In this document: positions 35,526-45,878 of the stretch, one piece after another
Position numbering within the stretch: the stretch's first letter is position 1
Layout: the number at the start of each line of letters is the position of its first letter
From: a virus
IMG/VR virus record: IMGVR_UViG_3300023296_001253
Length of the DNA: 64,000 nt
Strand: one strand, 5' to 3'
Program-made: the position numbers and the translations under genes
The notes under the pieces: model-generated
The model's database searches: none
Seen by the model: the letters and a program-made list of their open reading frames with translations, nothing else
Told to the model about the DNA's origin: nothing

Positions 35526-36443
35526 ATGGCAAAAAGTTATTTTCAAAATTTTCCAACTATAAAGTATCTTGGATATAATGCTACTGATATTATATCAAAT
35601 GCAAAATTAGTAAACAAGTATGTAAACATTCCATATGTTTATTACAAAATGTATTTGGATAAAGACCAGAGACCAGATCAGATAGCTGATGAATACTATA
35701 ATGATCCTTATTATTCGTGGTTGGTTTATTATTCTAATAAAGTAACTGATCCATATTATGATTGGACTTTAACAGAATCAGATTTTAATAAAAGCATTGC
35801 TGTTAAATATGGATCAATAGAATTTGCTAAAAAGAAAATCTTGTTTTTTAGAACTAATTGGTATAATGACGAAAGAGAAATTTCTCAATCTGATTTTACA
35901 AATAGATTTGGCACATATACAAGTCCACATAGTAATTATTGGAATCCAAAATATGATATCAATAATGGAACTTTAATTTCATATGTACGTAAGATAAATG
36001 ATACAGTAGTTCATACAAACAAACTGTTAAAAATTCAAGTATCAAATAATAGCACTGCAAATACTTCAAAATTCACTTCTGGAGATTTAGTTGATATTAA
36101 ACTCGGTGTTAATGAAGTAGGAACAGCAGAAGTTATAAAAGCTAACACTTCTGTTATATATTTAGAAAAACAACTTGGTGATATGGCTAATACGTATACA
36201 ATACACCAAGATTCAAATACAAACATATATTGCACAGCAACTGAAATTAAAAGCTCATATGCTAATGGAGATACTTCGTGGACTAAAACCAATTTATCAA
36301 ACGATGTTTATATTTATTGGGAACCAGTTTATGCATATGATTACGAAGAAGAACTTAATGAATTAAAGAGAAATATAAATCTTGTTGATGACGATTTGGC
36401 CTTCGATGTATTCGATAAACTTAGAGAGTCAATGGAAGAATAA
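35526..36443 (+). CDS. gp53: baseplate wedge subunit
   Basis: YF..FP.I.Y, RPD.IA..YY..P.Y.W, YDYE..LNE.KR.I. Confidence 0.88.
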   Translation: MAKSYFQNFPTIKYLGYNATDIISNAKLVNKYVNIPYVYYKMYLDKDQRPDQIADEYYNDPYYSWLVYYSNKVTDPYYDWTLTESDFNKSIAVKYGSIEFAKKKILFFRTNWYNDEREISQSDFTNRFGTYTSPHSNYWNPKYDINNGTLISYVRKINDTVVHTNKLLKIQVSNNSTANTSKFTSGDLVDIKLGVNEVGTAEVIKANTSVIYLEKQLGDMANTYTIHQDSNTNIYCTATEIKSSYANGDTSWTKTNLSNDVYIYWEPVYAYDYEEELNELKRNINLVDDDLAFDVFDKLRESMEE

Positions 36444-37693
36444 TGCCACAAAATAATGATCCTGGTTCAGTTGAAATATCTGGAATTTCATTACCTGGAG
36501 CCGGTGATGTTACAAAATTTCTTGTGTCGTGCACTGTAACAGAAAGCATAGATTCTCCTGGCGTCATCTGCAGACTTGATCTTAATCAGCAACAGGGTTT
36601 ACAGGGAAGCATTACCGGTGGGGATGCTAAGATAAGATTTTCATCTGTTGATGGAAAACCAAGAACATATAATTTGGCCTTCAATAGTTTCTCATCTGGT
36701 ACAGATAGTCCTAATCAAAAAAATAAAAATCAAACAGTAGAACTTGTTTCTAATGATATGATAAAAAATTATACTAATTCAAACTATCAAAAAGCTCATA
36801 AGAATACTAAAGTCAGCGATATAATTACATCTACATTAAAAAATGGATTAAAAACTGATAAAAAAATTAATGTAAGTGATACAATAGGAATGCGTGGAAC
36901 TGATAATATGACTTATGTGCAGACACAGCGCACTCCTATAGAACACATAAATAAGTTATCTAAGTTTAATGCTGTTGGTAAAAATAAAGATGATAGTTTT
37001 GTTTCTTGGGTCGGTGTTGGTGATTCTGGTAAAGAAGAGTGGAATGTTAAAACTCTTTCTGAATTAACTAAACAGGGAACAGTTGCTTCATATAGAAATG
37101 ATACAGTCTTAGAAAGAAATACGACGCTTGGTGGTGGAGATCAATTTACTATTTTACAAGTTATGAGAGGCTCTGGAACACAGACTATGGCAAGAGCTGC
37201 TGGGGGACATCACGAACAACCAACTAAGTTTAACATGACTGGAATGTCTGGTGATAGAGCTAGAAATCCTATAGGTGATGGAATGGAAAGCATAGCTGCT
37301 AAAATGGGACCAAATTCACCAGGAAGATCTTATGGCCAGGCCCCTGGAAAAGCGGCTACTCGTAGAATTAGTTGGGAAGATTCTAGAGAATCTGGAAATA
37401 ATCTTGGTAATGTACCTGATACTTCTGCTGCCAGAAAATCAGGAGTTGATAACTTAAATCAAGGAGCTGTAACAGTTAAAGTTCCCGGAAATAGTAATAT
37501 TAATGTTGGCCAAATGATTCAGTTGGATTTAAGAGAATCAAATGAATCTGGCATGAATTTAGACACAGATCAAAGTGGGAAACACCTAGTTGTTGGTGTT
37601 ACTCATTATATTGGTCCACACACAGATAATCCGAGATATGTTACATACATAACATGCTCTAATATATCTGGTGCTGGAAAGAAAATGGCTTAA
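36443..37693 (+). CDS. baseplate hub protein (gp27-like)
   Basis: ESI..P, VPGN....G..I, SGK.LV..V.H; lies between gp53 and gp5. Confidence 0.65.
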   Translation: MPQNNDPGSVEISGISLPGAGDVTKFLVSCTVTESIDSPGVICRLDLNQQQGLQGSITGGDAKIRFSSVDGKPRTYNLAFNSFSSGTDSPNQKNKNQTVELVSNDMIKNYTNSNYQKAHKNTKVSDIITSTLKNGLKTDKKINVSDTIGMRGTDNMTYVQTQRTPIEHINKLSKFNAVGKNKDDSFVSWVGVGDSGKEEWNVKTLSELTKQGTVASYRNDTVLERNTTLGGGDQFTILQVMRGSGTQTMARAAGGHHEQPTKFNMTGMSGDRARNPIGDGMESIAAKMGPNSPGRSYGQAPGKAATRRISWEDSRESGNNLGNVPDTSAARKSGVDNLNQGAVTVKVPGNSNINVGQMIQLDLRESNESGMNLDTDQSGKHLVVGVTHYIGPHTDNPRYVTYITCSNISGAGKKMA

Positions 37694-37705
37694 GGATAAT
37701 ATGAA

Positions 37706-38155
37706 ATGATGGGAATGGGAGAAGTTGTAAGTGTTGAAGATCCTCTTCGTGAAGGAAGAGTTCAGGTTCGCGTGTTTGGTGTTACAGATGATAAAAAGAA
37801 CATTCCAGACAAAGAACTTGCTTGGTATCCAACAATGATGCCTTCTAGTAGTCCATCAATTGCTGGAGCTGGTCAGACTCATGCTCTTGAGGTTGGATCT
37901 AAAGTGTGTGTTATGTTTGCAGATGAAGAACAAAGAAGTGGAATTGTAATGGGTTCAATATATCCAGGAACGCAGTCTCCAAATTCTCTTCCGCCTTTAT
38001 TTAAAGGACTTAAAGAAAAAGGACCTCCAATTCCAAAAGGATTTGATTTAGGACCAATGGGAGACATTAATATTATTGATAAAATAGGCAATTTCAAACA
38101 AACGTTTTCTAAATTGTTAGGATCGCTGCAGTTTTTTAAAAATTTATTACCATAA
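37706..38155 (+). CDS. central spike N-terminal OB-fold (gp5 N-part)
   Basis: DPL..GRVQVRVFG, L.W, GS.V...F.D...VMG. Confidence 0.85.
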   Translation: MMGMGEVVSVEDPLREGRVQVRVFGVTDDKKNIPDKELAWYPTMMPSSSPSIAGAGQTHALEVGSKVCVMFADEEQRSGIVMGSIYPGTQSPNSLPPLFKGLKEKGPPIPKGFDLGPMGDINIIDKIGNFKQTFSKLLGSLQFFKNLLP

Positions 38156-38164
38156 GGATATAGC

Positions 38165-38761
38165 ATGGGAAAAGATCTAAATGATCCAAGTAGTGGATTA
38201 GTAAAAATTGGAGTTGGTAAGACGACCAACTTCGTAGAGAATGGTGAAAACAAACCATTTAAAGTTGCGAGCAAAGAGCATGGCGTTCTGGTTGCTGAGC
38301 CTAGACATGACCAAAAGAATTCTCCTGGTTATGTAGCGCCAAGTTATCCAATGGATAATAAGCCAGGAAACCACGTAACACAATATCGATCTGGTCATTT
38401 TGTAGAATTTGATCAGACTGAAGGAGAAGAGAGAATTCGTGTTGGTCATAAATCTGGGTCATATGCTCAGATGAACAAAGATGGTTCTATACAAATAAGA
38501 ACTGTAGCAAAAGATGGAAAAGGTGGCGATGCTTATGTTGCAGTTGATAAAGATTTCAATTTGAAAATTGCCGGAAATTTTAATGTTCATGTCGCAAAAG
38601 GTGAAATTCGATTTAAAACTGCCGGAGCAGCATATGTAGAAACTGGTGATCTTAATATAAAAACTAATGGTAATGTAAAATGGAACACCAGCGGCAATGT
38701 TAATTGGGAAGTAGATGGAAATTATACATTAAAAGCTACTCGTATAGACTTTAATCCATAA
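38165..38761 (+). CDS. central spike beta-helix (gp5 C-part)
   Basis: SGH..EFD.T.G.ERI...HKSG; VxGN repeats; ends RIDFN. Confidence 0.85.
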   Translation: MGKDLNDPSSGLVKIGVGKTTNFVENGENKPFKVASKEHGVLVAEPRHDQKNSPGYVAPSYPMDNKPGNHVTQYRSGHFVEFDQTEGEERIRVGHKSGSYAQMNKDGSIQIRTVAKDGKGGDAYVAVDKDFNLKIAGNFNVHVAKGEIRFKTAGAAYVETGDLNIKTNGNVKWNTSGNVNWEVDGNYTLKATRIDFNP

Positions 38762-38786
38762 ATAATAAATAACAACGAGGGTTTTA

Positions 38787-39209
38787 ATGACTACACGAGC
38801 AGACAGATATACGGCCAGCCGAACAGCAGAAGTCTATTTTTCTGATTTTTTTAATAAATTCACTAGCAATTCTAGAAGTGGGCAAATTAATCAAATCACA
38901 AATGAAGATAGTGTTCGACAGGCTATAAAAAATATGGTTTTAACCAATCAGGGTGAAAGATTTTTTCAGCCTGGGCTTGGCGGTAATATTAGAAGAAGCT
39001 TATTTGAGCCTCTAAATGATTTTACAGCAGACGATTTAAAAGAAAATATAAATTTATTAATTCATCAAAATGAAGAAAGAGTAGCAGATCTTGATGTTCA
39101 AATTAAAACAGATCCAGATAATAATGCTTATAATATAACTATATTTTTCACAACTAGAAATAATACAGTCGTAAACCAACTTGATTTAACACTTGTACGA
39201 GTAAGATAA
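38787..39209 (+). CDS. gp25: baseplate wedge subunit
   Basis: SV...IKN..LT..GER.FQP..G......LFE. Confidence 0.92.
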   Translation: MTTRADRYTASRTAEVYFSDFFNKFTSNSRSGQINQITNEDSVRQAIKNMVLTNQGERFFQPGLGGNIRRSLFEPLNDFTADDLKENINLLIHQNEERVADLDVQIKTDPDNNAYNITIFFTTRNNTVVNQLDLTLVRVR

Positions 39210-41036
39210 ATGGCAGCCAATTCATCACTTAGTTTAGTAGATCTTGATTTTGATACAATCAAAACAAATTTAAAAACATATTTAAAAGCTCAAGATCTAT
39301 TTAAAGATTATGATTTTGAAGGATCTAATATTAATGTATTATTAGACATCATGTCGTATAATACATTTCATAATGCTTTTTATCTGAATATGGTAGCTTC
39401 AGAATCATTTTTAGATTCTGCGCAATTAAGAAATTCTGTTTTATCACACGCAAAAGAATTGAATTATACACCAAGATCTTCTAGGTCAGCTTCAGCTGTA
39501 GTTGATATAGAATTTGAAGCAAACACTAGTGTAGTTACGATTCCAAAAGGAACTTCGTTCACATCATCTATTGGATTTGAATTATTTACTTTTATTACAA
39601 ACGAAGATAAAGTTATCACTTCAACAAACAACACTTTTGAAGTTTCAAATTTAAAGATTTTTGAAGGGCAGTATGTCATAGACGCCTTTATAATAGACTA
39701 TGAAAATCCAACACAGAGATTTGTTTTAGAAGATTCAACAATTGATACTCAAAGTATATATGTTACAGTTACTGAAGATGACACTGCTATTGTTAGAAAT
39801 TATACGCTTGCAACATCTCTTCTTGGTTTAGGAGCATTAGATAATGTTTTCTTTTTACAAGGAGCAGAACAAGGAAAATATGAAATAATATTTGGTGATG
39901 GAATTATAGGAAGAAAACCAAAAGATAATTCTGTTATTGAGATTTCGCATAGAGTAACTAGAGGAAAAGAAGCAAATGGTGGAACTTTATTTGCATTAGA
40001 CGCTTCTTTTACATCATTTTTATCAACGCCAATAATAAATACTGTGCAGGTTTCTACTGGTGGAGCAGACCCAGAATCTATCGAATCTATTAAATATTAT
40101 GCCCCAAGATTTTATCAACTTCAAGAACGAGCTATTAATACAGCTGATTATGAATTGTTATTAAAGCAAAAGTTTCCAGAAATTAATGCTATATCAGCGT
40201 ATGGTGGAGAAGATTTAAATCCACCAGAGTTTGGTAAAGTTTATATTGCTATAGATATTTCTGGAATAGATAGTCTACCAAATTCTAAAAAAACAGAATA
40301 TTATAATTATTTAAAACCAAGAACTCCACTGTCTATTGATCCATCAATAATTGAGCCTTCTTATATGCACTACACTGTTGATACAACTGTAAAATATAAC
40401 ATAAATTTAACAGCATTTACAGAAGAAGACATTAAAAGTAGAGTTTTAAATAAAATTTTAGAATATGATGTTACATATTTAAATGATTTTAAAGCAAAAT
40501 TTAGGTATTCTAAATTTGTGAAATATATTGATGATGCTTGCGCTGCTAGTGTGATTAGCAATGATACAAATGTAGCAATCTATAAAAAAATATATCCTTT
40601 GTTTGGAGTTCCACAAAATTTAGATATTATGTTTGAAACTCAATTAACAAAAGAAGTAGCAAAACTTGGAACTCAATACGACTATGATGATAAAGTTACA
40701 TTATATTCTGATGATTTTGTGTTAAATGGAGAGCGCGTTAAAATTAATGATGATGGAATCGGAAATCTTAAATTAGTTAAAAGAATTAAAGATAAAGTTG
40801 TAGTTATTAATTCGTCGCTTGGAAGTGTTGATTATGAAACAGGAGCAGTAAAACTTCTTAATTTTAATATTGATGCTCTTACAGAACCAGAATTACATTT
40901 TTATGTAATACCAAGAACTAAAGATTTTGAAACTAAGAAAAATATTTTACTACAATTAGATCCATCACACATTAAAATTAATGTTATAGGTGTGAGAGAT
41001 CTAATTGGAAGTACTAGATCGACCTGTCAGGGATAA
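39210..41036 (+). CDS. gp6: baseplate wedge subunit
   Basis: LDFD.IK.NLK, DY.FEGS, FLDSA..R, FGDG, Q.RA....DY. Confidence 0.93.
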   Translation: MAANSSLSLVDLDFDTIKTNLKTYLKAQDLFKDYDFEGSNINVLLDIMSYNTFHNAFYLNMVASESFLDSAQLRNSVLSHAKELNYTPRSSRSASAVVDIEFEANTSVVTIPKGTSFTSSIGFELFTFITNEDKVITSTNNTFEVSNLKIFEGQYVIDAFIIDYENPTQRFVLEDSTIDTQSIYVTVTEDDTAIVRNYTLATSLLGLGALDNVFFLQGAEQGKYEIIFGDGIIGRKPKDNSVIEISHRVTRGKEANGGTLFALDASFTSFLSTPIINTVQVSTGGADPESIESIKYYAPRFYQLQERAINTADYELLLKQKFPEINAISAYGGEDLNPPEFGKVYIAIDISGIDSLPNSKKTEYYNYLKPRTPLSIDPSIIEPSYMHYTVDTTVKYNINLTAFTEEDIKSRVLNKILEYDVTYLNDFKAKFRYSKFVKYIDDACAASVISNDTNVAIYKKIYPLFGVPQNLDIMFETQLTKEVAKLGTQYDYDDKVTLYSDDFVLNGERVKINDDGIGNLKLVKRIKDKVVVINSSLGSVDYETGAVKLLNFNIDALTEPELHFYVIPRTKDFETKKNILLQLDPSHIKINVIGVRDLIGSTRSTCQG

Positions 41037-41038
41037 TA

Positions 41039-43849
41039 ATGGAATTTTTTGAAAAGAAAATATCTCATTTAATTGAAGATCAATTTCCGGACTTCTATAA
41101 AGAAGAAGGACCGATATTTATTGAATTCGTCAAAAAATATTATGAATGGTTAGAATCAGATGGACAAATGATTTATCATTCTAGAAGATTACTAGAATAT
41201 GGTGATATAGATGAAACAACTGATAATTTTTTAATTCATTTTAAAAATAAATATCTTTCATCCATTCAATTTGATACTGCTACAAATACAAGGCAGTTAG
41301 TAAAACATAGTTTAGATTTATATAGATCTAAAGGAACTTCTCAATCTATAGATTTATTTTTTAAAGAAGTTTTTGGAAAACCGGCTGAAGTTTATTTTCC
41401 GGCTGACGATTTATTTAGATTATCATCTGCAGAATGGATTATTCCTATATATTTAGAAGTGTCTTATGAAGAGAATCTAAAAAGATTTATTGGATATCAA
41501 ATAATTGGATTAGAATCTAATGCTACAGCATATGTAGAAAAATATATTAGAAAAAAAATAAATGGTCGATATATAGAAATTTTTAGTATAACTAATATAA
41601 CTGGAAATTTTTATACAGGAGAAAAATTTACCACATCAACAACATCGAATTTAGAATCTGCAATAGATTTTAATCATCCAACTGAATTAATTGGTCCAAC
41701 TATTATAGGTTCTTTAACTACACTTGATATAATAAATGGTGGTGAAAATTATAGCATTGGCGATATAGTAGATATTTATGCTGATAGCGGAATTCAAGGA
41801 AAAGCTAGAGTTGCTGGTGTTGGTAATACTGTTGGAGTCGTAGAATTTAATTTAAATGATGGTGGTTGGGGATATAATTCTAATTCGACATTAATCATAT
41901 CAAACAATGTGTTAAAAATAAGTGATCTTGTTATAGGAAGCAATAATAATTCTAATGGAACTTATAATCAATTTGAAACTATAGTTCAACCACTAGCAAA
42001 TGTGTCATATATTGATTTAGCCGGCGAAACTTTTGCTAATGGAGATTTTCTTTATAGATATGATCCAGACACAGCAGATATAATATCAGAAGCTAGAATA
42101 TTATCAGTTCTACCGGCTACAAATACTACTGGAAGTATGGTAATTTCTATGTATGCAGATAGATTTAATCCTGCTGCAAAACTTGAAACAGAAAACAGTT
42201 TTGATATTGTTACTGAACGTGGTCTTGTTATTGGAGCTGAAAGCATTGAGTGGGCTGATACTCACCTCTATCATGATGAAGCAAATGCTGCTTTTGATTT
42301 TGCTGTTTTAGATGAAACATCAAATAGTATAATTGGAATTCAACAATCTACTTTTTATAAACATTATAGATTGGCTGGTCAAAATAACAGTTTATTATTG
42401 TTTGAAGATGCCGCTGGGTTTGCTTTGGAAGATGAAGTTTCTAGTGCTGTTATATCATCTTTTGATGATATAAGTGCTGTTGCTAATGTTATGTTATCAT
42501 CTTCTAATAATAATCTTTATATTACAGGAGCTGGCAGTACTAAATTTATAGCCGGAGAAGAAGTATATCAAAATAATGAATCTGCTACTGAGATTGCTAA
42601 TGCCACTATCGAATCAATTACATATTCTGGCCTTAATGCGACTATTAAAGTAATAGATATAAGTGGAGCGTTTACAAAATCACTTACATTAGATTCTAGA
42701 TTAACTACTGCAAACGGAGTAGTTTCAAATTTGAATTTAGATGTTGCAGTATATCAAGTAGAAAATACATTTTTATCAACTAATAATAATATTATTATTG
42801 GATTATATTCAAACACATATGGTGAAGTTCAACCACCCATCGCTGGGGCTGGAGCAGATATATCAATATCTAATACATTTCTTTATAATCAATCTGTTAA
42901 TATTGCTACAGATTATATTTATGATTATTTGCTTGTTGATATTGCTAACTCAGATTGGGGATTTAGTACACAAGCCAATTTGAATACTATAATAGCTAAT
43001 GCTTTTTCATATGATATGTATACCTATGGAACAGTAAGTTCTATTACTCTTACTGGTTCTGGAGTTGGCTATGATAATATTCCTTATATTATTTTATTAG
43101 AGCCATCTATAATTCCATTTGAAAAAAGAGATTTTGTTGTTAATATTAGCAACACAACTTCTTTATTCTTAGTTGGTGAAGTCGTTCAACAATCGGGTAA
43201 TAATAAAGGAATTGTTAAAAGTGGTAGTAATAGTAGTGTTTTATATCTAAAAAGAATAACATACGACGATACTTTTGATGAAACATTTAGTTTAGTTACA
43301 GAAGCTGGAAATTATTTATCAGAAGAAACAAGCGTTTTGCCAATTCATTCTGAGCAAGAAGCTACATTATTTGGAGTTCAAACTGGAGCTATTGCTAATA
43401 TATTATCGTATCAGGAAGATACTATGTCAGCCATTTCTGGTTTTAATGCTAATATATCAACAAGCGTTACAACCTCTGTTGGATCTATAAGTAACTTAGA
43501 AGTTGTTGATTCTGGTTATGGCTACTATCAAGACGAACCTGTAACTTTTTATTCAAATACAAACGCTAGTGTTGGGGCAGGATTATCTAATCTTGGAAAT
43601 CATGGCAGTGGAACTGGTTATTATAAAAGAAATGATAGCCTATTAAGTTCTAATAAATATCTTCAAGATAGTTTTTATTATCAAGAATTTTCTTATGAAA
43701 TCAGATCAGCAATAACATTAGAAAAATATAAAGATATGTTAAAAAATATTTTACATATTGCAGGAACTAAATCATTTAGTAGATATGTATCTAAATCAAA
43801 TATTAATATAGGAAAGACTGCAAAAACAGCAGTGGTAACAATAGAATGA
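41039..43849 (+). CDS. gp7: baseplate wedge initiator
   Basis: QFP.F, LYRSKGT..S, LQDS.YYQEFSY, H.AG. Confidence 0.8.
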   Translation: MEFFEKKISHLIEDQFPDFYKEEGPIFIEFVKKYYEWLESDGQMIYHSRRLLEYGDIDETTDNFLIHFKNKYLSSIQFDTATNTRQLVKHSLDLYRSKGTSQSIDLFFKEVFGKPAEVYFPADDLFRLSSAEWIIPIYLEVSYEENLKRFIGYQIIGLESNATAYVEKYIRKKINGRYIEIFSITNITGNFYTGEKFTTSTTSNLESAIDFNHPTELIGPTIIGSLTTLDIINGGENYSIGDIVDIYADSGIQGKARVAGVGNTVGVVEFNLNDGGWGYNSNSTLIISNNVLKISDLVIGSNNNSNGTYNQFETIVQPLANVSYIDLAGETFANGDFLYRYDPDTADIISEARILSVLPATNTTGSMVISMYADRFNPAAKLETENSFDIVTERGLVIGAESIEWADTHLYHDEANAAFDFAVLDETSNSIIGIQQSTFYKHYRLAGQNNSLLLFEDAAGFALEDEVSSAVISSFDDISAVANVMLSSSNNNLYITGAGSTKFIAGEEVYQNNESATEIANATIESITYSGLNATIKVIDISGAFTKSLTLDSRLTTANGVVSNLNLDVAVYQVENTFLSTNNNIIIGLYSNTYGEVQPPIAGAGADISISNTFLYNQSVNIATDYIYDYLLVDIANSDWGFSTQANLNTIIANAFSYDMYTYGTVSSITLTGSGVGYDNIPYIILLEPSIIPFEKRDFVVNISNTTSLFLVGEVVQQSGNNKGIVKSGSNSSVLYLKRITYDDTFDETFSLVTEAGNYLSEETSVLPIHSEQEATLFGVQTGAIANILSYQEDTMSAISGFNANISTSVTTSVGSISNLEVVDSGYGYYQDEPVTFYSNTNASVGAGLSNLGNHGSGTGYYKRNDSLLSSNKYLQDSFYYQEFSYEIRSAITLEKYKDMLKNILHIAGTKSFSRYVSKSNINIGKTAKTAVVTIE

Positions 43850-45867
43850 GCAATTTTTTAATAACTAATGATTTTAAAACTCATAGTTTAAATCAATTAA
43901 TAGAATCTTTGGTTGAGCCATCAAACACAGTTTATTATGTTTTTACATCAAAGCATGACTCCTATGACGGTGGTGATGGTAGTGTTCCTGATCCAGTTGA
44001 TACTGTTGATAAAAAAACAGAGTTATATAATGATATGATTTTTGGAAAAAAACTATCAAACACAGATTTTTCTATTCTTATTCCAAGATATGAATGGGCA
44101 GCCGAAACTAAATATTATCAGTATGATGATCAAGATTCTACTTTATTTAATAAAGAATTTTACACTATAGTTAATGCTACTTCTTTTTATCATGTATATA
44201 AATGTTTGTATAATAATTCAAATGCTGCTTCTACAGTAGAACCAGATTTTGGTTTAATTTCTGCAGAAGATGAATACTATGAGACTTCTGATGGTTATAT
44301 TTGGAAATATATGTATTCTGTTAATAATGCTATTGTTCAAAAATTTGGAACAACAGAATATTTTCCAGTAACATCAAACACAGAAGTTGAAAGCGCTGCA
44401 GTCGAAGGAGCTATTGATATAATAAGTGTGGTTGGAACTGGAAATGGCTACACCAATTATATATCTGGTAATAATTATTTTTCTTTAACAGAATTACGTT
44501 TAGGAGGCGATGCTTTATTATATGATATTTCAAGTAATACTAATGCTTCTTCTACAGATGATTTTTATAATGGTTGTTACATTTATATTAAAGACGGAGC
44601 TTCTGGAGAAATTGGCCAATATAAAAAAATAACAGATTATATAGTTAATTCTAGCGCTAAAGCTATACAACTAGAAACAGCTTTTACAAATGCTATTAGT
44701 GTTGCTTCTGTATATGAAATATACCCCGGAGTTGTTATAAATGGTGCTGGAGATGAAACAGTAAACGCTGCTGCTAGAGCTATTGTCAATTCAACAGGAA
44801 ATGTAATTCATAAAATAGATGTATTGAATAGAGGTGTTGGTTATAAAAATGCTAATGCTTTTGTTTATAATGCCACCGTATTAAATCCATCTAATGCAGA
44901 ATTAAGAGCTATCAAATCACCATATTCAGGTCATGGCTCTAGTATATCAGCAGAACTTGGTGGAAGCTCTTTATGTATAAGTGTTACTTTTGCAAACAAT
45001 GAATCTAATACAATACCACAGACAAATGATTATAGAACAGTTGGTATTTTAAAAGATCCAATATTTACAAGTGTAACTATTGAAAGGGCCAATACTACAG
45101 GAACTTTTATTGATAGTGAAGCTGTATATAAAATTAATCCATATAGACTCGGAGTTGATTTAATAACTGATGAAACAAACACTGCTGTGACTTCTGTAAC
45201 AGGAGATTTTGTTAATCAGTTTAGTTCTAATGATTTTATTTATATTGTAGATGGAACTAATAAAATGTTAGGAATAGTCAATACAGTATCTAATTCAACT
45301 TACTTAACATTGACCACAAATGCTGCATTTACATCTTCTAATGCAGAATATTTAATACCAAGAAAAGAGTTGGCCGGATATATATCATCATCAAATACAA
45401 CTTATGTTACTTTAGCTAATGTTAATATCATAATAGAAACAGATAATAAACTTATGGGTATAGATTCTGGAGCATATACATTAGCTAACACGATATATAG
45501 ATCTAATGAAAACAAAGATTTTAACACTTTTGTTAATATGTATAAATATAATGGTAGCATTATTTCTGGCACCTTTGAAGAAGATGAAATTGTATATCAA
45601 ACTTCTTTATCTACTTCGAATGCTTTGTTGCATTCTGTTGTAGCAAATGGAACTCAGAGTATTATGTACACGACAAACAAATATGGAACTTTTAATATAA
45701 ATCAAAATGTATATGGTGCTATAAGTGATGCTATTATGTCTATAACAAGTGAATATGAGCCAGAAGTTTTATTTAAAAGTGGCGATATTTTATATATTGA
45801 AAATTTAGAACCAATTACAAGAGTATCTGAGCAATCAGAAACATTTAAATTTATTTTTGAATCCTAG
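43846..45867 (+). CDS. gp8: baseplate wedge subunit
   Basis: PR..W, VYKCLYN, DGYIWKYMY, GH, SG.ILYIEN..PI.R...Q.E..K. Confidence 0.85.
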   Translation: MSNFLITNDFKTHSLNQLIESLVEPSNTVYYVFTSKHDSYDGGDGSVPDPVDTVDKKTELYNDMIFGKKLSNTDFSILIPRYEWAAETKYYQYDDQDSTLFNKEFYTIVNATSFYHVYKCLYNNSNAASTVEPDFGLISAEDEYYETSDGYIWKYMYSVNNAIVQKFGTTEYFPVTSNTEVESAAVEGAIDIISVVGTGNGYTNYISGNNYFSLTELRLGGDALLYDISSNTNASSTDDFYNGCYIYIKDGASGEIGQYKKITDYIVNSSAKAIQLETAFTNAISVASVYEIYPGVVINGAGDETVNAAARAIVNSTGNVIHKIDVLNRGVGYKNANAFVYNATVLNPSNAELRAIKSPYSGHGSSISAELGGSSLCISVTFANNESNTIPQTNDYRTVGILKDPIFTSVTIERANTTGTFIDSEAVYKINPYRLGVDLITDETNTAVTSVTGDFVNQFSSNDFIYIVDGTNKMLGIVNTVSNSTYLTLTTNAAFTSSNAEYLIPRKELAGYISSSNTTYVTLANVNIIIETDNKLMGIDSGAYTLANTIYRSNENKDFNTFVNMYKYNGSIISGTFEEDEIVYQTSLSTSNALLHSVVANGTQSIMYTTNKYGTFNINQNVYGAISDAIMSITSEYEPEVLFKSGDILYIENLEPITRVSEQSETFKFIFES

Positions 45868-45878
45868 GAAAAATATAA

